From Octopus sinensis (lineage: Eukaryota), in contig NC_042998.1 in assembly GCF_006345805.1 (NCBI RefSeq), positions 131,564,001 to 131,628,000 of the forward strand: DNA of 64,000 nt, in the 5' to 3' direction. The position numbers and the translations under genes are program-made. Below are positions 1 to 15,385 of this stretch, piece by piece (the first letter of the stretch is position 1; every line of letters begins with the position of its first letter). The notes under the pieces are model-generated. The model was not told the DNA's origin. It did not search any database and was given only the letters and a program-made list of their open reading frames with translations.

Positions 1-489
1 GCCAATGAAGTTCTGAGTTATGTCTGTAAGAGGCATTCATTATTTAACTGTGAAGTTCTATTCTATACAATTTATTGAAGGCTCACAATCCTTTACACAT
101 GCATTTTTTATTCTTTTATTCTTTTTCTTTATTTCACTCATTGAATAATGCGGAGCTGCCTTGAAGTGCTATAGTCGACTACTAACAACAAAATTCCCAA
201 CTAGCAAGAAACTCCTTAACTGCCAACCTTGAAACAATTCCTTAAAACTACATAAGTTCTTTAAAAACTTTAACTTATATATTCAGGGGTAAATATATAT
301 TTACCCTTGAACTTGTATGATTTTGGGCCAGAATTTCAAATCAATATATGAACTGAATTTATAAGAGGTGTGGTTCAGCATCCAATTGTGAAACATACGT
401 AAGAAATAAATCACACAAATGTACGCTAATCATAATTTATCCTACATTCGCTCTGCATATCAAAACCAGCAATAAGTGCAGTCATAATG

Positions 490-808
490 TACATGGATCA
501 GTGGTTAGAGCGTCGGGCTCGCAATCAGGAGGTCGTGAGTTCGAGTCCCGGACTGTGCAATGCGTTGTGTTCTTGAGCAAGACACTTTATTTTACTTTGC
601 TCCAGTTCATTCAGCTGTAGAAATGAATTGCGACGTCACTGCTGCTAAGCTGTATCGGCCTTTGACGTTCCCTTGGATTACATCGGTGGTGTGGAGAAGG
701 GAGGCTGCTGATCTTCTATAAACAGCTTTGTTCGGACTTCTGCCTCGGAATGTAACTTTCTAGAAGCAATCCCTTGGTCATTCATGACCAAAGGGGCTCT
801 TTACCTTT
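490..808 (+). mobile_element. tRNA-derived SINE (family D here)
   Basis: A-box TGGATCAGTGG at 494-504 and B-box GAGTTCGAGTCC at 537-548, then GTGTTCTTGAGCAAGACACTT...GCTCCAGTTCA body. The same 5' body recurs at 51131 (+) and 63265-63460 (-). Confidence 0.8.
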
Positions 809-1134
809 AACACACCACAAAACTAGAAGCAGACTACATGATAATACTCAATAAGGGTCTAAAACTCGCGAGTATGAGTCGCGCATTTAACTGTAAAAGT
901 AAAGTGTACTGTACAGTATATGGATATAAAGTTGTGTATATATATGTGTTTATGCATATATATATACACACATATCCATACAGAGTGTAAACACACTGAT
1001 AAAAAGAGAGGAAGACAGACGAAGGTATGAAGAAAGATAAACTGGAGAAGAAATAAGCTCAAGATAATCAAAAATATTAAGGGAATAAAATAAACCTACC
1101 AATGGAGCAGTGCGGTGCTCACATGATTGTATAA

Positions 1135-1167
1135 ACATCACACTCACACACCACATGTATACACACA

Positions 1168-1206
<39 letters not shown>

Positions 1207-1447
1207 GCACACATTCACTCACGCATCACTTATGTACACTGAAGAAAGGAGGCAGATTAAGGTGTGTTTGTTGTATGCGAAAGTAAACAAGAACGAGAAG
1301 AGGCGTAGAGAAAAGAAGGGAATGGAAAACGCGATAACAGAAAAAGGACAAAGAAAATATTTGGGTATTACAGTCACAAAAACAGAAGGACTGATAGAAT
1401 GATGAGAGAGCATGACAAGCAACAGGTAGTGTGGTATATATATATAT

Positions 1448-1503
<56 letters not shown>

Positions 1504-1505
1504 GG
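1135..1505. repeat. (CA)n and (TA)n microsatellites
   Basis: Directly visible dinucleotide tracts. Confidence 0.95.
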
Positions 1506-1794
1506 TAGATGGGGGCGATAGAGAGAACGGAAACAAAAAGGACGTGAGATCGTATAATATTTAGACACGGAAAAGACAAACGGAAGAGGCGTAAAAGTAA
1601 AGGATGAAGAGAGAAAGAGAGTAAAAAAGAAAGCTAAGAAGTAAAAGACACGAGTGAGAAGAGTTTGTGAAAAAAATTATGACTAAGAAATAAGAGTCGG
1701 AATAGACCAGAGAAACATGGAGAGAAAGTGTGAGAGGGTGAGTGTGAAAGAATAAGTGAAACTTGAGAGGAAGAGTGCAAGAGATACGCTAAAT

Positions 1795-1803
1795 TTGTGT
1801 GTG

Positions 1804-1836
<33 letters not shown>

Positions 1837-1892
1837 TGTGTGTGTGTCTGTGTGTCTGTGTGTGTGTGTCTCTGTGTGTGTGTGTGTGTATT

Positions 1893-1925
<33 letters not shown>

Positions 1926-1957
1926 GTTTGTGTGTGTGTGTTTGTGTGTGTGTGTGT
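1795..1957. repeat. Interrupted (GT)n microsatellite
   Basis: Directly visible. Confidence 0.95.
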
Positions 1958-2009
1958 ACGTAACAATGTACGTAACAATAGTTTTGAAAAGAAAAGCTGT
2001 TTGAAAATG

Positions 2010-2213
2010 ATATTCTGTTCGGGTCAGAGTCCAGATCTGAACCGTAATAGAATGGAGTTTGCCGTACGTTGCCATATATTAGGCCCAAAAGAAAATTTGC
2101 ATATTCTGATCAACTTGACAGTTGAAATACGAAATCAGACGATCTTGACTTCTCTTGGTGCAAAAACGCTTCATGATTTCCCACAAAGAATGGCTGACGC
2201 AGAGGAAGCTTAG
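2010..2213 (+). pseudogene. Possible Tc1/mariner transposase C-terminal remnant
   Basis: Translation [13 protein letters not shown]...[16 protein letters not shown] resembles the WPxxSPDLNPIE motif and the downstream SMPxRxxAVIxA region of Tc1 DDE transposases. No TIRs seen. Confidence 0.45.
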
Positions 2214-3949
2214 GAATATGTCATTCCATATTTATGTACAGAGCTGTTTATGCCTGCTCGTTTGTTTCTTGTGCATTTTTCATAGATAAGAATATATTTC
2301 ATGATTTCGCTGAGATACTAATGACCAGCTGCCATTACGCAATATCCATATGTTTTAAAATAATCATTAAGCGAGTACAGAGTGTAATATTGATTATTGA
2401 AGAACAAATTCATTCACTAACGAAGTTGATTCATCGTCATTCAATATCTAATACAACAAAGTCTATATATTACAAAAATTCAAGATATGTTAAAAAAATT
2501 AACCTGATTTTTTTTTTGTCCTAGAGTGTATATGCATTTATGTACACATATATGTGTGTGTGAGAGAGAGAAGGTGAATGGTTGTATGTGCATGTTCGCA
2601 TTTACATACAAATGCTAATGCTTTTCATTGTCATGATCATAATAATAATAATACGACATTTAGCGATAGGAGGATTCAATACTTAAAGTTCAGACAAATT
2701 TATCTTAAGTTTGGTCTCCTCACCACTAATGACATGTCACGTGGCTCCCAAAGCTTGTAAGGGATTTATTTTAAGTCATTCTACACCGAACACAAATCAA
2801 CCCCACCAGCGGCCGACCAACGGAATAGTTGAACTTATGGTGCCGAATGAGGTCACTGGTCAACCCACATCCTCTTCTGCACAATGTATACGAGAAATCA
2901 TGTTGGATATCACACTGGTAGTGGTAGAAAGTGTGGCCCTCGTGAACACGCTTCACAGCTGAGTAGGCCTGAGTTTGAAAAAAGACTCAATCACACAAGT
3001 CAAATGAAGGGGATCTTTCGTGCCTTTCACAGAAAAAGGTTTCAGATCCTCCATACATTTAGTTGCACGCTTCGAATGTAAGCTGACATGTGGTTCTCGA
3101 ATTCTTTAACACCAAAGAAGGTTCTGTGGAAGACTCTTATTACATTTAAGAACGATCTCAAAATCCTCTAGTTTCAAAATGTGCAGCTTACCATTACAGC
3201 TGTATCAGTGTCTGTTGTTCAACGAACCTATTGTTTTGTTATCAAATCCAAGAGTTCGATTTGACATTCATATCTTCTCAATGAGTATTCGTGGCTAACG
3301 AAATCGGTGAACGCCGCTTAGAGACATGGCTTACAAAACTCTACAATGCACTTTTAGATATAAATGAAAAGCTACTAAACTAATTTTCTTTTCGTTCTAT
3401 GTACAATGTTTTAAACCAGAAATCAATATCTTGCATAAAATGTCAGTTATATCATCTAGCTAGCCATCATCGTAATTAAAAATCTGTAACTAGCCGCCTT
3501 TCCTTGTTGTTTCTGGTTTTTCTTATTTTGTTTAATTTTGTTCGTTTTTTTTTTCTGAAACATAATAACTAGGATTGTGTGATTTGATGTGTCCTGTTTG
3601 TTTTTAAAGGGATTTTGGTGTGATTCGAGGAAGATTGGTTTGTTATTCATTCAATTTGAATGAATAGCACATAGGGGCTTCTTCGTTGATGAGAGGAACC
3701 TGAAGAGCAAGACAGAAATTCTGGATTAATTAATTCACGTATGAACCCAGTTCATGATACTTCTACTATCAATTCCCTTGGAAAAGGCATAAATGTCACT
3801 ACCTCATATTTTTCTTCCTTTGAAGCATAACTTGTTCTTAACGAGTCAAATTGTGCATAACTGATTTCTTAGAGAAACAGAATGTCACTGGTTCGTATGA
3901 GAACTGAGATTGTTGGTCAGCTCCAGCTGAGTCCTGCCTGGGCACTCCT

Positions 3950-4140
3950 GTAATCAAAGACGCTCCAGCCTGGGCGATCCCGTCAGTTTTTTACAGGCAG
4001 GCAATTCAGCACCTTATCCAACATAACACTTATTAAGCATTAGATTCAAAGTGTAATTTTCTAAGATTGCGTGGGGAAAACGTATGAGAGCTTTTAGCTG
4101 TTATTTCTAGCAGATCAAGCGACTATGAAGAAACTCTCCT
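3950..4140 (+). repeat. Dispersed repeat (family C here), second copy at about 31800-31945
   Basis: Shared blocks AAAGAC..TCCA.CC.TGG...TCC...TTTTT and TTTAGCTG.TATTTCTA.CA at both loci. Confidence 0.45.
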
Positions 4141-4696
4141 GTAGGCTTGTATATATGGGTTTGGGCTGAGACAGTGAGTGAGTGTCTCAATGCTATTAGT
4201 GACTTATATTGAACAATAAACTGGATTTAACGAAGAATTAACACCACAAAGCAGGTCATACAAATTTCTGAATGATTGTTATATTCCTGCAATAATTCTC
4301 TATTCCATCTTCGTTCAACGAAAATTCATTGGGAAGTTCTTCTTACGAAATGGTTGCGAACAGTAAAAACCAGATGTGTAACTATAAGAGAAAACGATCA
4401 ACGCAATAGAATGCTAACAGTAAGAAGCAAATGTTAATAAAGCAACATATAACAAGGAAAAAAAAAACCCAGCAAATAATGCTTCGTCAGCTCTGTAAAA
4501 TGAGATTGATTCTGAAGATGGCAATATGAAAGATTTTTAAATAACAGTTATTCTTTGAATCGCCTCGTCTTACATTTAATCATTTTCTTCGTAATATTTC
4601 TTCAGATTTGATATCTTGACATCCATCGGCACCAACCACATTTTCATACGCACATACCTTCAGACACACGCACGCATACACACACACACACACGGT

Positions 4697-4746
<50 letters not shown>

Positions 4747-4899
4747 TACAGAGCACACGCACATGTTTAAGCACGTACAAAACACTCATTCGCACAGACG
4801 GCTACAGACTAATATAATGTCCATCTCATCAATATATCTACGCGCTGTAATAGATTGCGATAAGGACTTTGCGGAGTCTCGTTACAAAATATCAATAAC

Positions 4900-5575
<676 letters not shown>

Positions 5576-5927
5576 ACCACAACAATATACTAGAGAAGTA
5601 ACGTCAGTACAAGAAATGCTAATAATAATAATACAAGCGACAACAACAAAAACGCCGCTGCAATTAACAGAATCGTTATGAAACGACATCAGCTCTTTCC
5701 CTATCGCAGCCCTTCACCTTACTTCTATGTTCTCTGCATCGTGCAACCAGCCTGCCAAGACCTCGCTGCAACGTATACAGACAATTGTGCTGACAGACTC
5801 GTGTACACAAGTATGCGGTGTATCGCTTTAACATCTTGTATTTATGAATTCTAAAGGCTTTTATTATTTTTTTTTTATTTCACTCTCTAAATACCATATT
5901 ATTACCATTGTGTGTCTCCAATTCTCG

Positions 5928-5962
<35 letters not shown>

Positions 5963-6079
5963 ATGCCCTCACACATACATTCATATACGTATTTGTATGT
6001 ATGTGCGTGAGTATATGTATTTATGTATGTAATCATAGATATATGTGTATAAGAATGTATACATGCGTATATATAATCC

Positions 6080-6151
<72 letters not shown>

Positions 6152-6519
6152 CATATATGCATGTTTGTATTTATTTATATGCATATATAAGTGTGCATAA
6201 TACGCACCCAGTACAAAATTACCTACCCTTTATCGTTCCTACATCGCATACTTCCACCTATCATCCATAACACCCGAAGTTCCTTAATTGTAAGACTAAT
6301 CAATACTTTCTTTCTTTCGCCTTTGTTTTCCTTCGTCTGTATTCTCCACCATAATCATACATTGTTTCATGTCGTTTGATTCTTTCCATAGCAACATACC
6401 CATTCTATTGGCTTCTCTCTTATCAATTTTCTTCTTCATCTTGATCATGATCTTTATCGTTTTATTTCTTTTCTCCTTTTCCCTTTTTTTACTTTTTCTT
6501 TTTCTTCTTCTTCTTAAGA

Positions 6520-6574
6520 AATCATCATCATCATTATCATTATTATTATTATTATCATTATTATTATTATTATT

Positions 6575-6630
<56 letters not shown>

Positions 6631-6667
6631 CATTATTATTATTATTATCATTATTATCATCATCATT

Positions 6668-6720
<53 letters not shown>

Positions 6721-6735
6721 TAGTATTATTATTAT
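6520..6735. repeat. Compound (ATC/ATT)n array
   Basis: Directly visible. Confidence 0.95.
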
Positions 6736-6929
6736 TGTTCAGTTGTTATATTTTATCGTGCGCTCTAACGAGCGCAGTTCTGTGTGCCTTGGGTGTGTGC
6801 AGTGTTTTCTTATGGATTTGCATTTTGTACTGCATTATCAGTACACTTCGTAAAACGCATACAGCGCCGCTTTGTTTTCTTTGCGTTGAGCTTATTTATT
6901 CTATAGGTGTTCTAGGGTGAGAATTTTTG

Positions 6930-7200
6930 TGTTTTTGTCTATTTACTTTGCTTTGTAAGTGTTAGGTCTATCTTCGTGATTTACTCTCCGCGTAGAGTCC
7001 ATTTTGTTAGGTTTCAATTCTTTCTATTTTCGTTAGCTATTCTCTTTTAAATGTTGTATATCGATTTTTGATATCTTCTTGGGGCTTTCCAAATGTATGT
7101 TCTTAAGTTAACTTACCTGTCGGGCTTCAATGATACGTTTATATCCGAGTTATTTTCTCTTGAAATTATATATGAGTGTATTGTCGTTGTTTCGTTTTGA
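6930..7200 (-). pseudogene. Possible highly degenerate Penelope-like GIY-YIG remnant
   Basis: Minus-strand translation with stops, RTYIWKAPRRYQKSIYN...ENRKN*NLTKWTLR, loosely parallels the TYIG...RY..H..SF.N...NST.LSK.IW pattern at 9563-9838. Confidence 0.3.
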
Positions 7201-7451
7201 AAATTGTATGTTCATTCAAAATAGACACTCATTCCTCTCATGTTCACCTCTATATTTTCTGCTGAGTGGAGTCCAACCGGTTTAATTCTTTCTGACGATA
7301 GCGGGTTTTACTCTATTTTAGTGCGTTTTAAGTATTAGGTTTAAAGCGCGAATTCCCTTTTTAAGCTCGAGCAGAATGATACAGGATTTTGTGGGGAAGG
7401 AGGTGTTTGTTTGTTTGTTTGTTTTTTTGTTGTTATTTTAATCTTTTAAAC

Positions 7452-7841
7452 TTTTACTTGTTTCCGTCATTTTGACTGCGGCCATGCTGGAGCGCCGTCA
7501 TGAAGGGTTGTAGTCGAACAAATCGATTCAAGGTCTTTTAAAACCGAGTACTTATTCTATCGGGCTATTTTGCCGAACCGCTGGATTACGGGGACGCAAG
7601 CACACCGGCACCGGTTGTCAAGTCGTGGTGGGGCACAAACACAGACGCAAAAACGAATACAAAGATATATATATATACACGACAGGCTTCTTTCAGTTTC
7701 CGTCTACCAAATCCACTCACAAGGCTTTGGTCGACCCTGTGCTATAGTAGAAGACACTTGCCTAAGGTGTCACACAGTGAAGTGCACTCGGAATCATGTG
7801 GTTGGGAAGCAAGCTCTTACCACAGAGCCACACCTGCACCT
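7452..7841 (-). mobile_element. tRNA-derived SINE family A, near full length
   Basis: Reverse complement starts AGGTGCAGGTGTGGCTCTGTGGTAAG. It has a CORE-like CACCTTAGGCAAGTGTCTTCTACTATAGC block, an internal (TA)n/(TG)n tract and a 3' tail GCATGGCCGCAGTCAAAATGACGGAAACAAGTAAAA, matching the 27519 and 59281 copies. Confidence 0.9.
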
Positions 7842-8194
7842 ATTTTGTTTGTAGTCTTTTATGTGTGATTGAACGGAATCCATCTGTTGATATGAACCAT
7901 GCTCCGATAAGTTATGTACACGTGGCTTAAATCGCCGATCACTGTATACATTCGTAATATATTGATTATGTAATGGCAAAGATAGTAAAATTTTACCAGC
8001 ATTACTTATGACTTTATCATTCAACATTTTTCTTATTTATTTCTATATGCTTAAATTCTTTTGTTGTCGGTGTTATTAGATATTTTTCAAATCAATCGAA
8101 AGTTTTTCTCATATTTCAAAAGGTTTCCTGTTTTCTCTTAAATATCAAGGACAGCGAGTAAGAAGAATCTTCAGATAAAAGAAGTCGTGATTAT

Positions 8195-8440
8195 ATTTTT
8201 CTGAGGTTTTACTTTTGAGTTCAAATCCCAACGCGGTTAACCTTGCCTTTCATCTTTCCAGGGTCGATAAAATTAAATGCTAGTCAAGTACTGAGATCAA
8301 TTTAATTGATTAAATCTTCTTTCAAACTTAAGATCTCGCCTTTGTGTTAGTAATTTTTATTTACTTTACCTTTCATCTTTCCAAGGTCGATAAAATAAAA
8401 TGCTAGTTAAGCATTGAAGTCAATTTAATCGATTAATTCT
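8195..8440 (+). mobile_element. Two tandem degenerate SINE family B fragments
   Basis: GAGTTCAAATCC B-box and TTGCCTTTCATCTTTCCAGGGTCGATAAAA, repeated at about 8240 and 8365. Confidence 0.75.
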
Positions 8441-8493
8441 TCCTTCGAATTTATGATCTTATGTTTATAGACATTTTAATTTAATTTTTGCAG

Positions 8494-8549
8494 GCGTTGT
8501 ACTTATAAGTACGAGAGAGATTTTCCGCTGTACTGATATCGCCACTAAC
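8494..8549 (+). other. Candidate 56-nt exon (unverified)
   Basis: Acceptor TTTAATTTAATTTTTGCAG|G and donor AAC|GTAAGT. One open frame, xVVLISTREIFRCTDIATN. No homology recognised. Confidence 0.2.
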
Positions 8550-9562
8550 GTAAGTAAAAAAAAATTTTTTAGAAATTACAATAGCTCAAACATACAAGCC
8601 AAGGTGAACTTCAAACATAAACATTCCCACTCGTACAAGAAAGCAGAGTATTGGGACCATACATTTAATAATAAAAATGCAGTCAGTACGAATGACAACA
8701 ACACTGCCAGCAATAAAATTCTATCATTTGCTGATGCTGCTAATCGAATGACTTGAATTGATTTAGATCAAAGAAAAGAAGGTATCGATAAGGTATGTCA
8801 CAAAAATCGGTTTCTACTTGCCTGGCGAATTTATTCAGTAAAGAGCAAAAGGAGACATGACATACCTCTGGTTTTCAAAATGTTCTTCGAAAAATAAAGG
8901 AGGTCTTCTATATATCTTCGGAGTGTCACTGTACATGGGCTCCAAAAGTACTAGGACCAATCGCTCAATTCTAAAGATTTTACCATGGATTTTCGTTGCG
9001 TTTCTCAGAGTGTACACACATTGGATGAATGCGGAAGTTACACAAAGTGCATATCATCGCTTAGGGTTTGAAGTGAACATCTAAGCCTTAACTATCCCGA
9101 AGATCACCAAGCTTTTCAAGAGCTGCACCCCATTGAGTGTTTGGAGAGTACGTCAAACACACTGGTGACAGGTGGCGCAGAGAAGAAGACCTAGTTACAA
9201 TAACAGTGATAGCAAAGCCAATTGAATGTTTTTTAGCCCAGGAGGTAACGGAAATAAAAGGAAAAATAGGATAGTAGGCAGCAGCAAATGCAGTATCTCT
9301 ACCAACAAAATATCCCAGAGATGAAGCTCGTGGATGCTGCTACCACTGTTCTAGAACATCATCGGTCGCATTTTAGGACATTACTAACACAGAATCAAAA
9401 TAAAATCTGTTTGTCTACAGTGCTTGCGCATCAGGTGTTAAAAAGAATATAGAAGCCAAGGAGTCGTCTACTCCAGCAGAGACCCATCTATATGAACAAT
9501 AACATCAATCTGTTACCTTGCAACGATGGGTAAGTGAACACTGACAAAGAAAGGAAAGGATT

Positions 9563-9900
9563 TTGAATTATAATAATAATAGTAATAATGATAACATAAA
9601 TACTACTTACATAGGATCGACTTCCAATAAAATTAAATCACGGGTGGCCCAACATATGAATTCTTTTAAGAACAGAAATTTAATGAATTCTACGGGCTTT
9701 AGTAAATACATTTGGGAACTTAAACCTAAAAGAATAAAATACGATTTAAAATGGGAAATAGTTTCTAAGGCTAAATCGTATAGAATAGGGAGTAAATTCT
9801 GCTATTATGTACAAATGAATTTAAAGAGATATTATTAGCTAATAAAAAATTGTTAACCCCCAAGATGAACGTAATATTAAATGTAAACATAAATTAAATT
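9563..9900 (+). pseudogene. Penelope-like element GIY-YIG endonuclease C-terminal fragment
   Basis: TYIGSTSNKIKSRVAQHMNSFKNRNLMNSTGFSKYIWELK...LKWEIVSKAKSYRIGSKFC matches the YIG-containing nuclease tail typical of Penelope-like elements. An AT-rich 3' region follows. Confidence 0.8.
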
Positions 9901-10739
9901 ATTTATATAATAAGTTTAGATAATGTATTGATTTATTTAAACCCATGAAAAATTACCAATTTATAGTTATTATTAGTAGCGTTAAATACATATAATTAGC
10001 TTAGAATACACTGTAAACATTACATAATTATATATAATTAGAATAAATAACTACCTTTTTACTAATAAAGAATTTAACGATATGTGCATTATTACAATGT
10101 TTTATAGCCTTATTTGCGTAATACATAAATTTCGTAAGTGTTACAGTTATTATTTTTTGTAGATCTAAACGTTTTATGTATTTTAAATCTTCAATAAATA
10201 ATATACTTTAGGTAGACCTTCTTTTTCAATAATTTCTTAGGAAATATATTGTAGGAAATATTTATCACGTGACTGGAAAAGGTACACTTATTTCGGTTTA
10301 ATCTACAGTGATTCGCCGGCAGATAAGTCATGTCTTTTAAATTTGTTCTAAACAATATCGAAATACATATTTTATTAACTTTATACACTAACACGTATTT
10401 AAATTTATTTACCTTCTCCATAATGAATTAATAATGTTCACAATAATACTCTATTTGAATTTTTTACTTCGTAATTTTTAATAATATTAATGTCTTTAAA
10501 TTAGGGATTACATTACAGGTTTTGTTTCTTTATATATATATTTTTTATTCCTTATTATTTTCTTATTATTTTATTATCTTATCATTATTTTTTATTCCTT
10601 ATCATACTATGAGGTAAGTTGTGGAATGGTGGTTCGTTTCTAAGTTAGTTATATACATATATTATATATTATACATTACGAAATTCGGTCTAATATTATA
10701 CTGAAGTTTACCTGTAAGGTTGGAATAACAATTATTCCC

Positions 10740-12148
<1,409 letters not shown>

Positions 12149-12149
12149 A

Positions 12150-12180
<31 letters not shown>

Positions 12181-12245
12181 AGCAATAATAAATCTGAGCG
12201 AGGTGTAGCTGTACGACATCGTGACAAATATACTTCACCATACAC

Positions 12246-12292
<47 letters not shown>

Positions 12293-12329
12293 AAATATAT
12301 AATCATATGAATATAATTATAATAAGAGC

Positions 12330-13635
12330 ACTAATGAGTAGTGCCACATGCTAGAAATCGATCTATGGTTAAACCATTTACAAAATCGTTACTCACATCC
12401 CTCGCTTTTATTCTCTTTTTATCATAGATTTTACTGGAGCTCCTGGAGTCTTGCATGCGTAGCGGGCTTTCTACCTGCAACCTACAGTACCATGCTATTC
12501 GTTCTTTCCGGCTATCTAATACTTTCCTGATTATTCTGGACTTGCCAAGGAGGCAAACCTCTTGTAACAGTTCTACTGGGCACTCTATTCCAATTTCCTT
12601 GATATTCCTGTTGATGCCTTCTGATACTGTTCCCAAGGACCCAACAAAAATTAGGACTACCTTTACCTTCTTACTTTTCCATATTTCGTACTTAAGACGG
12701 TTGTATCTATCTATCTTTTCGTCTTCCTTCTTGAATATTCATGAGTCAAAAGGGCATGCAACCTTGTCCACCACCACTAGGTCCGGTCTGTTATGCTGTA
12801 ACATCTGATCTTTTATTTTTGAAAAATCCCAGATGATTTTGCTAATCTCCGACTCCACCACTCTCTGCGGCGGTTTGTGCTCATACCACGTCTTGCCTCC
12901 CTCTAGCGCCCACTTATCGCAGTTTCCAGTGTAGCACTTTCGCTACATGGTCGTGTCGCCATAACTTGTAGTGGTTTGGGGCAAGTCTAGGGCATTCGTG
13001 GCCAAAGTTTGGTCCTGCGCTGCCAGTATATTGTTCTCTGTCACTTTTTTTAGGGTTCCTTTCATCAGCCAATCTCACCTATTTTTTCCAGCAACTTCTG
13101 CTGTGGCTACATGAAATTGATTGTTTAGTCCCTTCTTGCGTAATTCTTCTTCATGTCCTTTTTTTACGTCTTCCCGTCTTCCTTTGTTTTCCCTATTTTT
13201 CTGCTTTCAATACTCCCTTGTTCCTAACTGTCACTAGCAAGGTTTCCTTACTATGGGCTAGGTATCTCATTAAGCTCTCGAGTTCGATACGCATGCAGTC
13301 TTCCACATTTATCAGTCCCCTTCCTCCATTTGCTTTCTTCATGTATAGCTGATCAGTGTCTTCACGTGAATGATGGGCTCCAATCATCGTTAGGGGCTTT
13401 CTTGATTTCATGTCCATCTCTTTTAGCTCCTTCTCTGTCCACTTCAGGATTCCAGTGCCATAACAAACTACTTCGACTGCGCGCGAATTTATTGCCGAAA
13501 TTACGTTTCTGGCATTCAGCTTTGAAGTCAATATTTTTCTCACTCGCCGCAGGTAATTTCTTTTTATCTTTTCCTTCATATCGTGGTGTTTGATTCCATC
13601 TGCCTCAAGTATTCCCAGCTATTTGTGACTGGATT
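12330..13635 (-). mobile_element. 5'-truncated R4/Dong-type non-LTR retrotransposon (post-RT region plus RLE), degenerate
   Basis: LGILEADGIKHHDMKEKIKRNYLRRVRKILTSKLNARNVISAINSRAV...LYMKKANGGRGL, RPDLVVVDK (PD motif of the restriction-like endonuclease) and C-terminal GSLGTVS...ELLQEVCLLGKSRIIRKVLD. Confidence 0.88.
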
Positions 13636-13659
13636 GAGGTTACTCAGAACATGCACTGC

Positions 13660-13995
13660 AAGTGCACCTGGCCGGGGTTAATTTCGGTAATAGGGTCACT
13701 TGTTCAATGACCTCAGCTCACTAGTTATAGATTTCGCAGTTTATTGAGAGACCTGAGTTTCCATTTATCAAGTCTTCGTATCCATTTTTAGTGGATACAA
13801 AAGCTGTTGTGATGTTTTGCAAGGTTTTGAAACTCACGATGCGGACCGACTGCTTGGACACTGATTGGGGATTCTGGATGTGAACAGTAGCAAAAGGGTG
13901 CCGTCATACTAGTAACTGGTTATGCGCCGAAAGGGACAGGAGAGCCAGAACTCTTCGGGCGTTTAGAGATTTTCATAGAAACGGCTCACTCCTTA
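13660..13995 (+). pseudogene. Tx1/L1-clade APE endonuclease N-terminal fragment
   Basis: GHLFNDLSSL, ILDVNSS and ILVTGYAPKGTGEPELFGRLEIF align with GCLLNDLRSL, VVLDVNGS and LVAV*APTGTG*PDFFTRLDVF of the element at 40932-41340. Confidence 0.7.
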
Positions 13996-15167
13996 ATGCA
14001 GGAGATGAATAGTATCGAATTACCTCCTCCTTCAAAATTGTTGTCCTTCTGCACAAATAGAAAAAGATTTTTATTGTTTCTGCAGTTGGTCGTGATGTTT
14101 TATTATAGTTGTTGTTCTTTGCAGTATTTTCATCTGCATAATCATCATCATCATCATCATCATCATCGTGATACTGTTTACTGTTACTGAAGTTTACTGC
14201 AATATCTCTCTTCATAAAGCAATCTGTGGAATGAATTACCAATATATCTTTAAATAGTCGTTACGTGAACATCAGAAACTGCAACTGCAACGACACATCA
14301 CCGATCTTGACAGCTATTAAAAACTCGACCACCACCACCACCACCATCATCATTATTATCTCCAGTTCCTATATCTTAATAATCTCTATTAAAAAAACCT
14401 TACCTCAAAACCCACCACACTCAGCCAATGTCGCTGCCATCATCACAGCAACTACGACCGGCAGAATAATATCACAGCCATCAACAATATCATGTCCATC
14501 GGCATCACATGCCAAGCAAATCGCAACTACCACCACAACAGCAACAATCGTACCCTTCACTAAAAGCGCTGCCCCCCCCCCCTCACACAACCACTGCCGG
14601 ACATAAGTAGCGTTACTAGCAGCATCAACTAACATCAGCAACATAGAAATCTTCAACAACAATGAGAATGATTTTTTTCATCTAATTACTATAAGAAGCA
14701 CAGTTGGAACTATTGCAAAATATCTCGATGATTTTAGATATGTAAAAATAATGGTAAGTATATAAGTAATGGACCTGCAATGATGGAAACGAACAATATG
14801 TTTCTAAAATCGGAATGTTCTAATGCTAAAATTCTCAGTCTTCTTATATCTATTGTAAAAAAGAAAAAGATTAAACTAATATCTTGAGCATGCATGTGTG
14901 AGTTTTACATTATATATATATATGCGTGCATATGTGTGTGTGTGTGTGTGTATGTGTATACACACTCACACACACACATAAGCCTGTATGTATATATATG
15001 TAATATATAGAGTATATATATATATATAATTATAAAGTTTATATATGTATATATGCATATTTATATCATTTATACATATATACATATATATGTATATATA
15101 CACATGGATGTATACATTTATATGATTATACACACACACGCATGTATGCATGGATATGTATATATCC

Positions 15168-15385
15168 ATACAGACGCCATGATAAATCGTTAGCCACTAC
15201 ACACATTTTTTTTCTCCTTGTTTCTCTCCTTATTTTCTGTGCCCCTTTCTGTAGAAGAGCGTAGGCTCGAAACGTAAAAGACTTTTTCTATTCCTGAGCG
15301 TTATACTAATACATCTGTTTGTTTTGTACACCACCTGTCTTCGTCTTTTGTTGGTTTTTTTCGTAAACTCTCCCTATGTATATAT
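15168..15385 (+). mobile_element. Family E ~215-bp non-coding repeat with minimal hammerhead-like motif (15245-15280)
   Basis: Near-identical to 24945-25145 and related to 16620-16800 and 61940-62130. Contains CTTT-CTGTAGA-A-GAGC-GTAG-GCTC-GAAAC-GT-A-AAAG. TA-rich flanks. Confidence 0.8.

Noticed and set aside
490-560. tRNA gene-like A/B boxes here and at 27.9, 44.45, 49.65, 51.13, 57.7 and 59.6 kb
   Set aside because: No complete cloverleaf or acceptor stem. Each continues into a repeated SINE body.
2711-3400. Normal-complexity region with short ORFs and a WEPRD motif resembling mariner WVPxxL
   Set aside because: Spacing to a GRP-like motif is wrong for mariner and no other motifs or TIRs were found. 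Left unassigned.
10600-10700. Possible hammerhead downstream of the GIY-YIG remnant (CTATGAGGTAA...TTACGAAATTCGGTC)
   Set aside because: The core lacks G5, stems I and III need several corrections, and loop II is filled with TA repeats.
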